Shown here in pieces: positions 11,641-26,259 of a stretch of 64,000 nt of DNA. Position 1 is the stretch's first letter. Every line of letters starts with the position of its first letter. Position numbers and translations under genes: made by a program. The DNA comes from Octopus sinensis (taxonomy: Eukaryota). The DNA lies in NCBI RefSeq assembly GCF_006345805.1, contig NC_043015.1, positions 45,508,001 to 45,572,000 of the forward strand, given 5' to 3'. The notes beneath the pieces are model-generated. The model saw only the letters and a list, made by a program, of their open reading frames with translations, was not told where the DNA came from and did no database searches.

Positions 11641-13159
11641 ATATACCGAGTCAACATTTGGGAGCTCAAGTATTTTCTGGCCCTGAAGAGGAAGGCTAGT
11701 CTTGTGAATGTGAGATTGCTAGAAGAGGTCATCAGTGACTTTGAAGGTTTTAGTTGTGTGGGGATTTTAGACTGGTGTGGAGGAATCATTCAAGATTGTT
11801 TCCTTCATATTGTGTCTATGTGCTTTCGAAAGAGACACAGTTGAGATGTCACTTATTGGTGAGTGTTTTTAGGTTAAACCTTTGTTCATGGAGGCAATGT
11901 AGGTTTATTATTCTTTTACTTGTTTCAGTCATTTAACTGTGATCATGCTGGAGCACCGTCTTCAAGGGTCTTTGTCGAACAAATCAACCCCAGGACTTAA
12001 TTTTTTAAGCTTAGTACTTATTCTATTGGTTTCTTTTTGCCAAACTGCTAAGTTATAGGGGATGTAAACACACCAACACTGGATTATTATATTATTATTA
12101 TCAAGAGTGAATGCATTTCTTGAAAACCAACAACACCTACAACTTGAATAGGTGGGTGCTACCAAGATTATCAAACCCAATAAAATGCTTAAACAGAGGT
12201 TGCACCAATATTCAATTCTATTCATGTTATACACCTCCCAGTTCACTTCCCCACTTGCACTTGCTGTAACTTGGGTGAATGGCCCTGCCCCGCCTCCTTC
12301 TTGGTCTCCTCTTCACCATCTTCTTTCTCTTTCTCTCTCCACCTGCAGTGGTCAGGTTTCCCCTCTAATAAAAGACACCTTTTTTTTTTTTGTTTCTCAG
12401 TACTCCTCCCCACCTCAGTTGAGATAAAAAAAAGAAAGGAAAGTTACCTTCTCGAGTCATACTAACTCATAAGGCCAGTTTCCTGGTTTCACCATCATCA
12501 TCATCATCATCATCGTTAAACATCTGCCTTCCATGCTGGCATGTGTGGGACGGTTTGACAAGTGCTGTCCAGGCAGAAACCTACCCTAGACTTCTGTAAC
12601 TGTTTTGGCAGGATTTTTACAGCTGGATGCCCTTCCTAACACTAACCAATCAGCAGGGTGGACTTCATTGCTTATATATATTCCCCTCCTGGACAGGACA
12701 CCAATCCATCGCAGTGTTACTCAATTTTGCCAGCTGAGTCACCTGGAGGTACGTGAAATGAAGTGTTTTGCTCAAGAACACAACACATCACCCGGTCCAG
12801 GAATTGAAACCACGTCTATGAATCCAACACTCTAACCACTAAGCCATGTGCCTCCATCTCAGTTGAGGGGTTTTGTCTTACAAGTCCCTTGGTAACCTCA
12901 CTGCCGGTGCCACATACAAAGCACTCAGTACACCCTGTAAAGTGGTTGGCATTAGTAAGGGCACCCAACCTAGAAACTGTGCCCAAAGCCCACAACAGAG
13001 CTCAGTGCAATCTTTGGACTCGCCAGTTCATGTCAAACCCATGCCAGCATGGAAAACAGCTGTTAAATGACGACGATGATTCTGTACTGGACTAATTGGG
13101 GGTCTGGAAAGTCCAAGACCAAGAGAGGAGAAAAAGATTGGTAATAAAATTCAGGTACT

Positions 13160-13655
13160 CCCATGTACTTACTTGTACTTTGTGGCGACATTCACCCTGG
13201 GCAGGTTGAGTCGGCTTCTTCTACCACCCTTGAGGCATCTCGAACCATGGCAGCCCACGCACGACGGTCCTGCGCCAGTTCACTGGAGATAGCGAGCCAG
13301 TCACGGTTCCATCGGCGCAGGCCGACCACCTGCGGTCCCGTGAGCACAGAGAGGTCCTCCTTGATTGTCGTAATGCAGGTCTTCAGCTGCCCACCCACGC
13401 GTTTCCGCCAGTTGGGAAGTGGAATTGGGAGAAGGACATCACGGCTCAGTTCACCCACCGAACGCCTACATGCATGGCCAAACCACCGCAAGCGCCGTTG
13501 CAGAAGGACAGATGGAAGCGGCCGCAGAGACAGGCGAAGTCGGAGATTGGCGGTGGGGACTCGATCCACCCTATGGCAGCGAAGAATGCACCGGAGGCAA
13601 TCATTGTCGAGGACTTCCAGCCTTCGTTGATCGACCACCTGCATAGGCCACGTTT
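13160..13655 (-). mobile_element. RTE-clade LINE 3' fragment (second RTE family)
   Basis: ORF ...QRRLRWFGHACRR...GGQLKT...LAQDRRAWAAMVRDA...STCPG*. Related copy at 41134-41460(+) ending STHPG*. Confidence 0.88.
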
Positions 13656-16557
13656 CACAGCCATAGAGAAGTACTGTATGAACAATGGCCTGATATATTC
13701 ACCCTTTGGTCACCGATGGCATAAATGCTAATGGAAATAGCTTATTCTTGAAAACGGCACAGTAGTTTCTGGTATCTAGTTGGGTGTCTCACATTTCTGC
13801 ATTAAGCCTCTTCTTGGATTAATTGCTTTCCTTACTTACATAGCAAGTACATACCAGTAATATTTTGGGTTTGACTCAATGCACTATGTCCTTGTTGTTG
13901 TTTTCCATTGCTAAAACAGTAATGTAGCGCATACGCAGAGTAGTACTTTTGGGTCTACTGTATAAAACTTTAGGTTGTTTTGGTCTGAGGGGACAGTAAG
14001 CTGCAGGGCTGTCTTAGACTGCACAAACTCTAACCATACCACTGTACTAAAGCGAAAGGCAATTAAGATGCTTTGCTTTAACATTATCATCATCATCATT
14101 ATAACCATACTTCATGAGTATTCTCAAGAATAAAGAAAACAATTGGTATTGAATTGCATATATTTTGTATGATATCCTGTCTCTCTTGACTCATATTTGT
14201 TGGGTGTAAATTTGAAGAAACCTTTCACACAGATCTAATCTATTCCAGATGTTATTTGTTATGAAAGGCGAAAAATATGAAACCCTATAACAATTTGGAA
14301 AAAATACAGGATATGGTTTGAGGGTACATAAATATCGCCTGTGATAGTTTGGGTTTTTTTTATATATATATTGTAAGAATATCTGATTGCTGATTGGTTG
14401 GTTGAGCCAATAAGAGAGCCTGTACATCAGCAGTTTTCAACCATCCCTTTTTTTTTTTTCGGTCTGTGGACCCCTTTGGTCCCTATTTTATTCAGGAGGA
14501 CCCACATAGTCATTCAATGTTTAAAAAAAAGCCTCTTATATTTTTAAGGCACTCTGTCAGTTACAGCGATGAGAGTTCCAGTTGATCCAAGAGCCTTCTC
14601 ATAAAATTAGCGTGCAAGTGGCTGAGCACTCCACAGACACATGTACCCTTAATGTAGTTCTTAAGGAGATACAGCGTGACACGGAATGTGACAAAGCTGG
14701 CCCTTTGAAATACAGGTACTACTCATTTCTGCCAGCTAAGTGGACTGGAGCAACATGAAATAAAGTGTCTTGTCCAAGGACACAACATATCGCCTGGAAT
14801 TGAACTCACAAACTTATGATTGTGTGCCGACTATCTTAACCACTGAGCCACGTGCCTTCACTATATTTTTATAATGAAATATTATTAATTAATTTTGAAA
14901 ATAGGCGTAGGAGTGGCTGGGTGGTAAGTAGCTTGCTTACCAACTACGTGGTTCTGGTTTCAGTCCCACTGTGTGGCACCTTGGTCAAGTGTCTTCGACT
15001 ATAGCCTTAGGCCAACCAAAGCCTTGTGAGTGGATTTGGTAGACGGAAACTGAAAGAAGCCCGTCATATATATGTATATGCGTGTGTGTATGTATGTGAG
15101 TGGATTTGGTAGACGGAGACTGAAAGAAGCTCGTCGTATATATGTATATATATATGTATGTGTATGTGTGCCTGTGTTTGTCCTCCCAACATCGCTTGAC
15201 TACTGATGCTGGTGTGTTTATGTCCCCATAACTTAGCGGTTTGGCAAAAGAGACTGATAGATTAAGTACTAGGCTTACAAAAAGAATAAGTCCTGGGGTC
15301 GATTTGCTCGACTAAAGGCGGTGCTCCAGCATGGCCACAGCCCAACAACTGAAACAAGTAAAAGAGTAAAATAATTAATTGTTGTGGTTAAAGTAGAAAT
15401 ATCATGGCTAAATTTACTTCTCTCTTTATTAAAGGTTTGTTAGATATCCTTTCATCATTCTTTTTTTTTTTTATCTATCCATCCTTCAGTTTGATTTATT
15501 CTCAAGTTATTCATCATATGAATGAGTCATTCTCCCTAAAAAAAAACCCACACAACCACACATCAATATACACTTAATTCAATACACTCTGTTATTGAGG
15601 GGTTATGGGATTTTTTTTATATCCTTTCTAGTTTTTTTTTTTTGTGTGTTTTGTAAACTTAGTTTCCTGCCTGTTATGTGAGACAGGCTTATGCCTTTTC
15701 CCAGGATACAACAGATTGACAGAGTGATGCAATAGAATCCCATGGTGGTTATTCAGCCAAAAAACCAATACTTTATAAACACCCGCTTTATTTTTTTTTT
15801 ATTTTTCTTTTTCGCTATCTTTTACTTGTTTCATTCATTGAGCTGCAGCCATGCTGGAGTACTGCCTTGAAGAGTTTTTTTTAAGTCAAACATATCTACC
15901 CCAGTACTTAATTTTTCAGGTCTATTCTGTTGGTCTCTATTGCAGGACCACTAAGTTATAGGGGCCATAAACAAAACAACACTGGTTTGTCAAGCTGTCA
16001 GTGCATACAAACACTTGACACATACAGGCTTGCATCTGTATATAATATATATATATATATATATAATATTTATATCATCATCATTTAACATCCACTCTCC
16101 ATGCTGGCATTGTGTGAAGGTGCTTGGCTCAGTGGTTAGAGCATCAGGCTCACAATCACGCAGTAGTAGGTTCGATTCCCAAACACGACTGTGCATTGTG
16201 TTCAAAATACTTTATTTCACATCTCTCCAGTTCACTAAACTGTAGAAATGAGTTGAGTTACAACGTCACTGGTGCCAAGCTGCATCGGACTTTGCTGTTC
16301 CCTTGGATAACACTGATGGTGCGGAGAGGAGAGACTTGTATACATGGACAACTGCTGGCCTTCCATAAACAAAATTACCTGGATGTGTGCCTCAGAGGGC
16401 AACTTTCTAAATGCAATCCCATGGTCAATCATGACTGAAGGGGGGACTTTACCCATATATTATATATTTGTCTGATGGGCTACTACACAGTTTCTGTCTA
16501 CCAAATTCACTCACAAGGTTTTGGTTGACCCAGGGCTGCTAGAGTAGAAGACATTTG

Positions 16558-16975
16558 GGATCTTTTCAGTTTGAATGGCAGTTTTTAACATAATTTCTAG
16601 GTAACTAAAAACTTTTAAACTTCGTATACTGGTAGAATGTGTTTATAAAACATCTTTTTCTCTTGGCTTTATTGAGAAAATTCTATAGTTTGTAAGATAT
16701 TTGTTGTTTTTTTTTCTTCAATTTCTGCAATTTCAACTAATCACTGACGTCTATTGAGTTAAAAAGCATTCTGTGCCATATGAAAATGTCCCATGTTTAA
16801 GAAACAGATTGGGTTTATTTACATTTGTGAAGAAAAAAAGATGCCCTTCCCCCCACCCCTAACCCTAACCCTAAAACAGATTGAAATGCAATAGATCGAT
16901 ACTAGGGTCATAATTATGAGTGACAATTTCATATGACACTGCTAGAAAAAACTGCCGTTCAAACTGAAAAGATCC
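16558..16975. mobile_element. 418-bp MITE, 29-bp TIRs starting GGATC, 8-bp TSD (Merlin-like, tentative)
   Basis: TIR ggatcttttcagtttgaa(t/c)ggcagttttt; TSD gacatttg at 16550-16557 and 16976-16983; splits a family A SINE. Second copy in opposite orientation at ~36162-36547 lacks one TIR. Confidence 0.9.
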
Positions 16976-17473
16976 GACATTTGTCCAAGCTACAGTTCAG
17001 TAATACTGAACCTAAAACGACATGGTTACCAAATAGTGAACCTCTTAACCACACAACTCATGTGTTTGGAAAACCCTTCTTCCATCTCATTACTTATTCT
17101 TTCTTTTGTTCGCTCGAGAACACTTGGTGATGGCGCTTGTAGTGGTCCTTATCACCATGACTAGAGGTTTTTTTTATATGTTTCTTGTAGGGTGGCTTTA
17201 CCCTTGTCGTTTCCTAAGTAACCATTTCGAGTTTATAAATCCAGTGATTCATTCATCACTATTCTTGTTCTCGTCTAACAACAGCTGTATTATTTAATAT
17301 CTGGGTTTTTTTTTTGAGTCGAGATGCAAATTCGGTTCAGTTTATTATCTTTTCAAAGCATTTACAGATGCTGTCTGGAAGCACGATAAGGTGGTAATCT
17401 GTGACATTTTCTGCAGTGTTTCACAGATATGTATGTCTTTGTATGTGTGTATAAATATATATATATATATGTG

Positions 17474-17514
<41 letters not shown>

Positions 17515-17740
17515 ATATGTACATATACTTGTATATGTATGTACATATACTTGTATATGTATGTATATATACTTGTATATGTATGTATATATACTTGTAT
17601 ATGTGTGTATGTATATATATGTATATGTACATATACTTGTATATGTATGTATATATACTTGTATATGTGTGCATGTATGTATATATATAGTTAATCCAAA
17701 CAAGAAAACAAAAAAACGCAAGGACGTGGAAGAAATAAAG

Positions 17741-17776
<36 letters not shown>

Positions 17777-20700
17777 ATATGTACATATACTTGTATATAT
17801 ATGTATATATACTTGTATATGTATGTATATACAATACACATAGACATGTTTTAAACATTGTAAGAATATACGTAATGCTCCTGTTTCAGATAAGAGAGAG
17901 ACACTGGCATGTTTACATGAGACAGCAGCAACAGCAACAACAACAATAACAACTATAAAAGGTTTTTTTAAAAAATCATTTGAGAGTAGGAGAGTTGAAA
18001 ATTTTTGAAGTTTTATCGTTCTGACTTTATTCTCTTTTCTTTTTTTTTTTTTAGCTGACCTATATTATCTTAGCCGATTTACTTCTGTTGTGAAAATACC
18101 TTGTGCCTATTTTGCATTTTATTATTACTATTATTATTATTATTATTTTTTTTTTTTTTTTTTTACTTGTTTCAGTCATTTGACTGCGGCCATGCCGGAG
18201 CACCGCCTTTAGTCAAGCAAATCGACCCCCCGGGACTTATTCTTTGTAAGCCCAGTACTTATTCTATCGGCCTCTTTTGCCGAACTGCTAAGTGATGGGG
18301 ACGTAAACACACCAGCATCGGTTGTCAAGCAATGCTAGGGGTACAAACAGACACACAAACACATACACACACACACACACATATATATATATACGACGGG
18401 CTTCTTTCAGTTTGCGTCTACCAAATCCACTCACAGGGCATTGGACGGCCCGGGGCTATAGCAGAAGACACTTGCCCAAGATGCCACACAGTGGGACCGA
18501 ACCCCAGAACCATGTGGTTGGTAAGCAAGCTACTTACCACACAGCCACTCCTGCGCCTATATATTTGTATATGAATTGTTGGCAGTATTAAATTGAATCC
18601 TGTTTTTTATACATGATATACCTTCTGCTACAGCTAAACCACTCATCCATGAACAAAAGTAATTACTTTTACTTTATTAAGTTGACAGGCTGAGACAAGA
18701 TTAGTGTGTCTTAGCTTGGGAGGTGAGTTTGAATTCCATGTCTTATCATGGCTGCAACTGCATCCATAATATTCTGCTTATGAAGCCAGGCTGCTTTGCT
18801 CCCAACATTACTTCTGTTTTTTCCAAATATCCATGCACATAAACATGGATACAATGAGTTTTGGAAATATTCATTATTATATAGGCATAGGAGTGGCTGT
18901 GTGGTAAGTAGCTTGCTTACCAACCACATGGTTCTGGGTTCAGTCCCACTGCGTGGCACCTTGGGCAAGTGTCTTCTACTATAGCCTCGGGCCGACCAAA
19001 GCCTTGTGAGTGGATTTGGTAGACGGAAACTGAAAGAAGCCCGTCGTATATATGTATATGTGTGTGTGCGTGTATGTTTGTGTATCTGTGTTTGTCCCCC
19101 TAGCATTGCTTGACAACCGATGCTGGTGTGTTTACGTCCCCGTCACTTAGCAGTTCGGCAAAAGAGACCGATAGAATAAGTACTGGGCTCACAAAGAATA
19201 AGTCCCGGGGTCGAGTTGCTCGATTAAAGGCGGTGCTCCAGCATGGCCGCAGTCAAATGACTGAAACAAGTAAAAGAGTAAAGAGTAAGAGTATATAAAT
19301 ATGACCCGATCTGCATTTTAGTTAAGTGTTTAGCTTTATGTGGAACGCGTTTAGCTTTCATATGAAAGTCTCCGCAACGTTCCTGGCCTTTTGAAATATC
19401 TGATATGGCAACCTATGTGCCATTTATATTTATTGTTGTATAAGTTTGACAAAGGTCAAATGAAAAACACATGTGGTTTATCAAGGTGTATGTATTATGT
19501 AAGATATAAAATTGAGACGAGTGAGAGAGGAAAAATAGATCTGAAACTAAATTTGGACTACATTCTTTGGTTTTGTGCATGGTGGAGTGTGTTATTAAAT
19601 GCTTGTTTTGGGTACAGGCATACTCTTTACTCTTTTATTTGTTTCAGTCATTTGACTGCGGCCATCCTGGAGCACCGCCTTTAGTCGAGCAAATCGACCC
19701 CGGGACTTATTCTTTGTAAGCCCAGTACTTATTCTATCGGTCTCTTTTGCCGAACCGCTAAGTGACGGGGACGTAAACACACCAGCATCGGTTGTCAAGC
19801 AATGCTAGGGGGACAAACACAGACACACAAACATATACACACACACTTAAATATATATACATATATACGACAGGCTTCTTTCAGTTTCCGGCTACCAAAT
19901 CCACTCACAAGGCATTGGTCGGCCCGGGGCTATAGCAGAAGACACTTGCCCAAGATGCCACGCAGTGGGACTGAACCCGGAACCATGTGGTTGGTTAGCA
20001 AGCTACTTACCACATAGCCAATGGCTGTAATGTTAAGTTTACTTTGCAGTTATGTGCTTTCAAGTTCAATCCAATTTTGTGATAACTTGGACAAGTGTCT
20101 TCTACTGTGGCCTCCAGGTTAACCAAAGCATTGCAAGTGGACTTGGTTGAAGGAAAATTGAAAGAAGCCAATTTTGTGTGTGTGTGTAAGAATTGCTGAA
20201 GAGGTAACAGAATGTGTAACGAAAGATTTCAGACAAAATCCCGTGCCGGTGGCACGTAAAAAGCACCATCCGATCGTGGCCGTTTGCCAGCCTCACCTGG
20301 CCCCCGTGCCGGTGTCACGTAAAAAGCACCATCCAATCGTGGCCGTTGCCAGCCTCGCCTGGCCCCCCCGTGCCGGTGGCACATAAAAAGCATCATCCAA
20401 CCATGGCCGTTTGCCAGCCCCGTCTGGCACCTGTGTCGGTGGGACGTAAAAAGCACCCACTACACTCATGGAGTGGTTGGCGTTAGGAAGGGCATCCAGC
20501 CGTAGAAACATTGCCAGATCAGACTGGGCCTGGTGCAGCCTTCTGGCTTCCCAGACCCCCAGTTGAACCATCCAACCCATGCTAGCATGGAAGGCGAACG
20601 CTAAATGATGATGATGATGAATGAAGTTGAAGTGAAGAATGAGTGTTTTGGCAAAAAGTCACGGAAACATTGATGCCAATATCTGTGAGAGAAAGGCCTT

Positions 20701-21021
20701 CCTTCAGGAATATCAAGACAATTGGTTATGACGATGCTCCATTGATTATGACAGTGAGGGGTCCAGTTGATCCGATCAACTGCTCGTGAAATTAATGTGC
20801 ACTCCACAGACACATGTACCCTTCACATAGTTATCAGTGAGATTCAGCATGACACAGAATGTGACAAAGTCTGGCCCCTTTCAATAACTGAAACGACTTG
20901 CTTTTACCAGCTGAGTGGACTGGAGCAACATGAAATAAAGTGTTTCGCTCATTGACACAAAGCACCGCTAAGAATTGAGCTAATGACCTTACAATCGTTA
21001 GCTGAATACCCTATCCATTAA

Positions 21022-21242
21022 CCCTTTCGTTACCAACCTGGCTGAAACCAGCTCAGGTTCTGTAGTACAAATGTCTTGTTTTCATAAGTTTTGAATTAAA
21101 ATCTTCCACCAAACCTTAGTCACAATTTATGTTCCTAATACTAGCTTAATGATAACAAAGTTATTTTACTAAATTCTTTGTTATATTTAAAGTAATTGAA
21201 AGAAACACAGAGCATCTCAAAATAAATACGGTAATGAAAGGG
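21022..21242. mobile_element. piggyBac-type MITE
   Basis: TTAA|CCCTTTCGTTACC ... GGTAATGAAAGGG|TTAA. Confidence 0.9.
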
Positions 21243-23703
21243 TTAAGCCATGTGCTGTCTTCACATCAAGGTAATATATGAAACAGGAAGAACAGTACAA
21301 GTTGTGCAGACAACAAGGATCCAACTGGAGGGATGCTGAAACAATGGCCCAGAGTCAAGAATCATAGAGAAAATTTATTGATGTCCCATGTTCCGTGATA
21401 ATGCTGTGATATGATATTACTCTCTCTTTACTCTTTTACTTGTTTCAGTCATTTGACTGCGGCCATGCTGGAGCACCGCCTTTTAGTCGAGTAAATCGAC
21501 CCCGGGACTTATTCTTTGTAAGGCTAGTACTTACTCTGTCAGTCTCTTTTGCTGAACCGCTAAGTTACGGGGACGTAAACACACCAGCATCGGTTGTCAA
21601 GCAATGGTGGTAGGGGACAAACATATACACACACACATATATATATACATATATACGACGGGCTTCTTCCAGTTTCCGTCTACCAAATCCACTCACAAGG
21701 CTTTGGTCGGCCCCGAAGCTGTAGTAGAAGACACTTGCCCAAGGTGCCACGCAGCAGTAATTAGATGTCTTTCTTTGCTAAGGGTTTAGTGCAATGCCCC
21801 TGGCTGTGTATGAGCTGTTGATCCTTTGACTACTCACACCTTTTCTGAACAACTTGGCCAGCTGTGACTTTCTCAAAGCTTTTCCTGGTGAACATCCAAC
21901 ACTTTTATTTATTTATTTATTTATTTTTTTATTTGACTGGAAATAATTACAGCTGGAATGCACTCACTAATTGGGAACAAATGCGAGTTTCTGTGCAAGA
22001 TCTGTGATGCATGCCACAGAAAGAAAAATTCTGCCGAAAAGAGTTAATAAACCAACCACAGTTCATATCTTGTTTCTCTCTTTCTCTCCCTCCTTTCCCC
22101 CCTCACTCTCTCTCTTACATTTTCATTTTTTCATAATATTTTATTCACCTCCTCCACTCTTCCATGGACACACACACACATACACAAAATTATGTTCCTT
22201 CAAAATGCTTTTACTAAATGCACTAAGAGATGGCTGGCTTTTGTTTTTCATTTTCTCTATATATATTTCGTATTTTGAAATGGATGGCAAGGAACAAAGA
22301 TAATTTCTTTTCATATGAATTATTCATAAACATTTTCTTTTCCAAACCCCTCTTCATAACTGTCTTGTTTTTTAATCTTCATTCATCGTCATTTTACATT
22401 CTGGGTTTCTTTTTTTGTTTCTTTTATATATTTTTTTCTCCTTGCTGGATGTCTCTCGTCCATTGTGGTCTGCATCAATTTACAAACACAGCAATAGAGA
22501 AAACCAAACCAACCAATTTATTGTTATTTATGACTTACAATGTGAACTGGATACATTTCATTGTGTCACCAGCCCTGGAGAGGTTGCCCCATGCAGGACT
22601 AAACAGTCCTAAAATCTCCCTTGTAGGGTCACTGCCCTCCTAGGTATCATCATCATCATCATTTAACATCTGCTTTCCATGTTGGCATGGGTTAGACAGT
22701 TTCACTGGAACTGGTAAACCAGAGAGCTGTACCAGGTTCCAGTCTGCCTTGGGGTGGTTAATATGGTTGGATACCCTTCCTAATGCCAACCACTCCAAGA
22801 GCTGTACCAGATAACAGTCTGACAGCAGTGGTGCTAGGGCCACAACCCAGCTAACTGGGGCGGGGGATGGGGAATTCCAGGCAGTGTTTGTTCCGGAATC
22901 CAGTGGCTTCCTGATGGCATTGGTTCCTGTCTGCAGGTATCCTACAATGAGAAGGTTTAACATGAGGACAACCGCCCACCAGTTGTGTATGGTGGCTTAC
23001 AAATACAGGCAGGAACTGTTTTTGCAGACTCTGTGCTTGAGGAAACCCATTGAGTCAAGTACATCAATATCAAAATTCAATGGAAATTGTAGCTGTGATC
23101 CCTGTGCCGGTGGCACGTAAAAAGCACCATCCGAATGTGGCCAATGCCAGTGCCGCCTTGACTGGCTTCCGTGCCGGTGGCATGTAAAAAGCACCAACCA
23201 ATCGTCAGCCTCGCCTGGCACGTAAAAAGCACCCACTACACTCACGGAGTGGTTGGCATTAGGAAGGGCATCCAGCTGTAGAAACACTGCCAGATCAGAC
23301 TGGAGCTTGGTGCAGCCTTCTGGCTTCCCAGACCCTGGTCGAACCGTCCAACCCATGCTAGCATGGAAAACGGACGTTAAACGATGGTGAACAATGATCA
23401 TCCCTTCAAATTCCTATGAACTCACAATAGGATCCGGCTTGACCCCTCCCGGGTGAATGCCATTACATCGAGGTGGTCTTTGCAGTGAGACGTCCTTCTT
23501 ATTGAGTGCATTACAGAATGTACAGGATGTCAAAATTGGTAGCACACCAGGCAAAATGTATTCAAATTCTGCCAAGGCTGACCAAATCCACTCACAAGGC
23601 TTTGGCTGGCCCGAGGCTATAGTAGAAGACACTTGCCCAAGGTACCACGTAGTGGGACTGAACCCGGAACCATGAAAATTATTTTTTAAAAATCAAACTG
23701 AAA

Positions 23704-24207
23704 TCTATATATATAAAACTCTAGTTGTGTGAGTGTCTGTCCCCTTCGATTTAGATTCCTAACTCCTCCCACATTTTGCGGTGCAGTTTAACCAAATTCG
23801 GGTATCTTATAGTCGTGATTCATATCGAGCCCATCTGACTATTAGCGCGCGTCAACGATGAGTCTACGATTTTAAAAATAATTTAACATCATTTTTATTC
23901 CATTTTAATGCATAAAATGCATCGTGTGTCGATGGCGGCGGAGTTGGCGTCCACGCTCACAGCTGCACCTGTTGCTTCTCCCCCTTCCCTCCCTCGTGAA
24001 GCTGTGGGGAAGGGAGTGTAAAGAAATCAACGTCGTAATGCGTTGTGAAGGAGACCAGCGTTCTTTTAGAACAACGACTTCATGGCTTGAAGACACCAAA
24101 ACAAAAATGGCTAAGAAAGCCTGAATTTATAAGGGAAGTAACTCTCTAAAAATGCTTATATAGTTATTTCCCTTACAAACCCGAGCAACGCCGGGCGATA
24201 CTGCTAG
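23704..24207 (+). mobile_element. Non-autonomous Helitron, 504 bp, complete
   Basis: A|TCTATATATATAAAA 5' end, subterminal hairpin cccgagcaacgccggg (24180-24195), CTAG|T 3' end, no TSD. Confidence 0.9.
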
Positions 24208-26259
24208 TATTAAATAAATTAAAAGTTGTGATGTCACTGAGTGTTTTTCTGTATTCCAGTTTGTTATGCAAGGAAAATATTTTAATATAGAATAGGAACA
24301 CAGGTAGAAGATAGAGAGAGAGAGAGAAAGAGAGAGGGGGTGAGTAGAGAGACCTGAGGGGATGGAGAAAGAGAAAGGCTGGATGAGATTGGAATGGAAG
24401 AAAACTGAATGAAAGAGATAGTGAAAGAGAGAAGTGTAGATACATTAATAAGGGTGGAATGTTACAGAAAATAAGGGGATGTTGTGATGTGGTAGGAGAA
24501 GATAAAGAAATTGGAGGAATGGTAGAGAAGGGTGGTTAATCCCTTCCTATATTCTCTCTCTCTTTTACTTGTTTCAGTCATTTGACTGTGGCCATGCTGG
24601 AGCACCACCTTTAGTCGAGCAAATCGACCCCGGGACTTATTCTTTGGCCGAACCGCTAAGTGACGGGGACGTAAACACACCAGCATCGGTTGTCAAGCAA
24701 TGCTAGGGGGACAAACACACACACACAAACACACACATATATATATATATACATATATACGACAGGCTTCTTTCAGTTTCCGTCTACCAAATCCACTCAC
24801 AAGGCATTGGTCGGCCCGGGGCTATGGCAGAAGACACTTGCCCAAGGTGCCACGCAGTGGGACTGAACCCGGAACCATGTGGTTGGTTAGCAAGCTACTT
24901 ACCACACAGCCACTCCTGCGCCTGTTGTTAATATTTATGTTGTTGTTGGTGTTCAGTATTAAATGCATATGCATTTGAGCATGCATGGGCGTCCAAATTT
25001 ATGCATATATATGCAAGGTTACTAAACTCTGAAAGGACTTTAATCCAATTAATGCATAAACATACATGTTTGCATATATATGTGTGTATGTGTGTATATA
25101 TATATGTGTGTGTGTTTGGGATTATGCACATGTATGTTTGTATGTGCATGGATACACGTCTGAATGTGTACAGTTTAATATAAATATGTGTGTATAATGA
25201 ATATATGCATATATGTGTGTGTAGATGTATGCCTTGTGCCTAGAGTAGAAACATATATATGTGTGTGTGTGTGTATGAATGTTTGGGTTTATGTGCATGG
25301 ATACAAATGCCTAAGTGTGTATGATGAATATATGCATATATGTGTGTGTAGATGTATGCATATATATGTGTGTATGTGTGTATATATATGTGTGTATGTG
25401 TGTATATATGTATGTGTGTATGTGTAAGTATATGTGTGTGTGTGTGCAAGCCATGATAGCTATGTCCATGTGGGGATACATGTATGTATGTATGTGGCTT
25501 TATATGAGAGTGTGTGTATATGTATATGAATATGCAGGTGAACATAAATGTATGCCTGTATATATTTGTCTGCATACATGTATGCGTAAACAGTATTGTT
25601 TACTGTCAAATTCTGTAGCTTTAAGTTTATTGTTCTTTGTAGACTTCCTGGGTATGATGGAATAAGTGACCCCCCCCCATGGCTTTTGTAGGCCATCACT
25701 GCTCCAATAATGGCTTCTACTGGTCCTCAGTTCAACGAGCCTATGCACCCCTCCCTTGTGTCATTACCCTTGCTGTGTCCACCCTCACTAATCACCACAC
25801 TATGTCCTTCCTTCCAAGAATTTTGGCTGTCCAGGATTATCTCTCTGCTCCTGTCCTTATTCTCAGTGTTGACCTGCATTGGTTCATGATAATATATGAT
25901 TACGTTTCATCATCCTCATCATTTATCATTTAACGTCCGCTTTCCATGCTAGCGTGGGTTGGACGATTTGACTGAGATCTGGCGAACCAGACTCCAATCT
26001 GATCTGGCAGAGTTTCTACAGCTTGATGCCCTTCCTAACGCCAACCACTCCGAGAGTGTAGTGGGCGCTTTTATGTGCCACCGGCACAAGAGCCAGTTTG
26101 GTGGTACTAGCAATGGCCACATCCAAGTGGTGCTTTTTATGTGCCACCTGCACAGGAGCCAGTCCAGCAGCACTGGTGACGTCCTCGCTCGAATGTTTCT
26201 CATGCCTCCAGCACAAGTGCTAGTAAGGCGACACATGTATACAACGAAGGCAGTACAAT

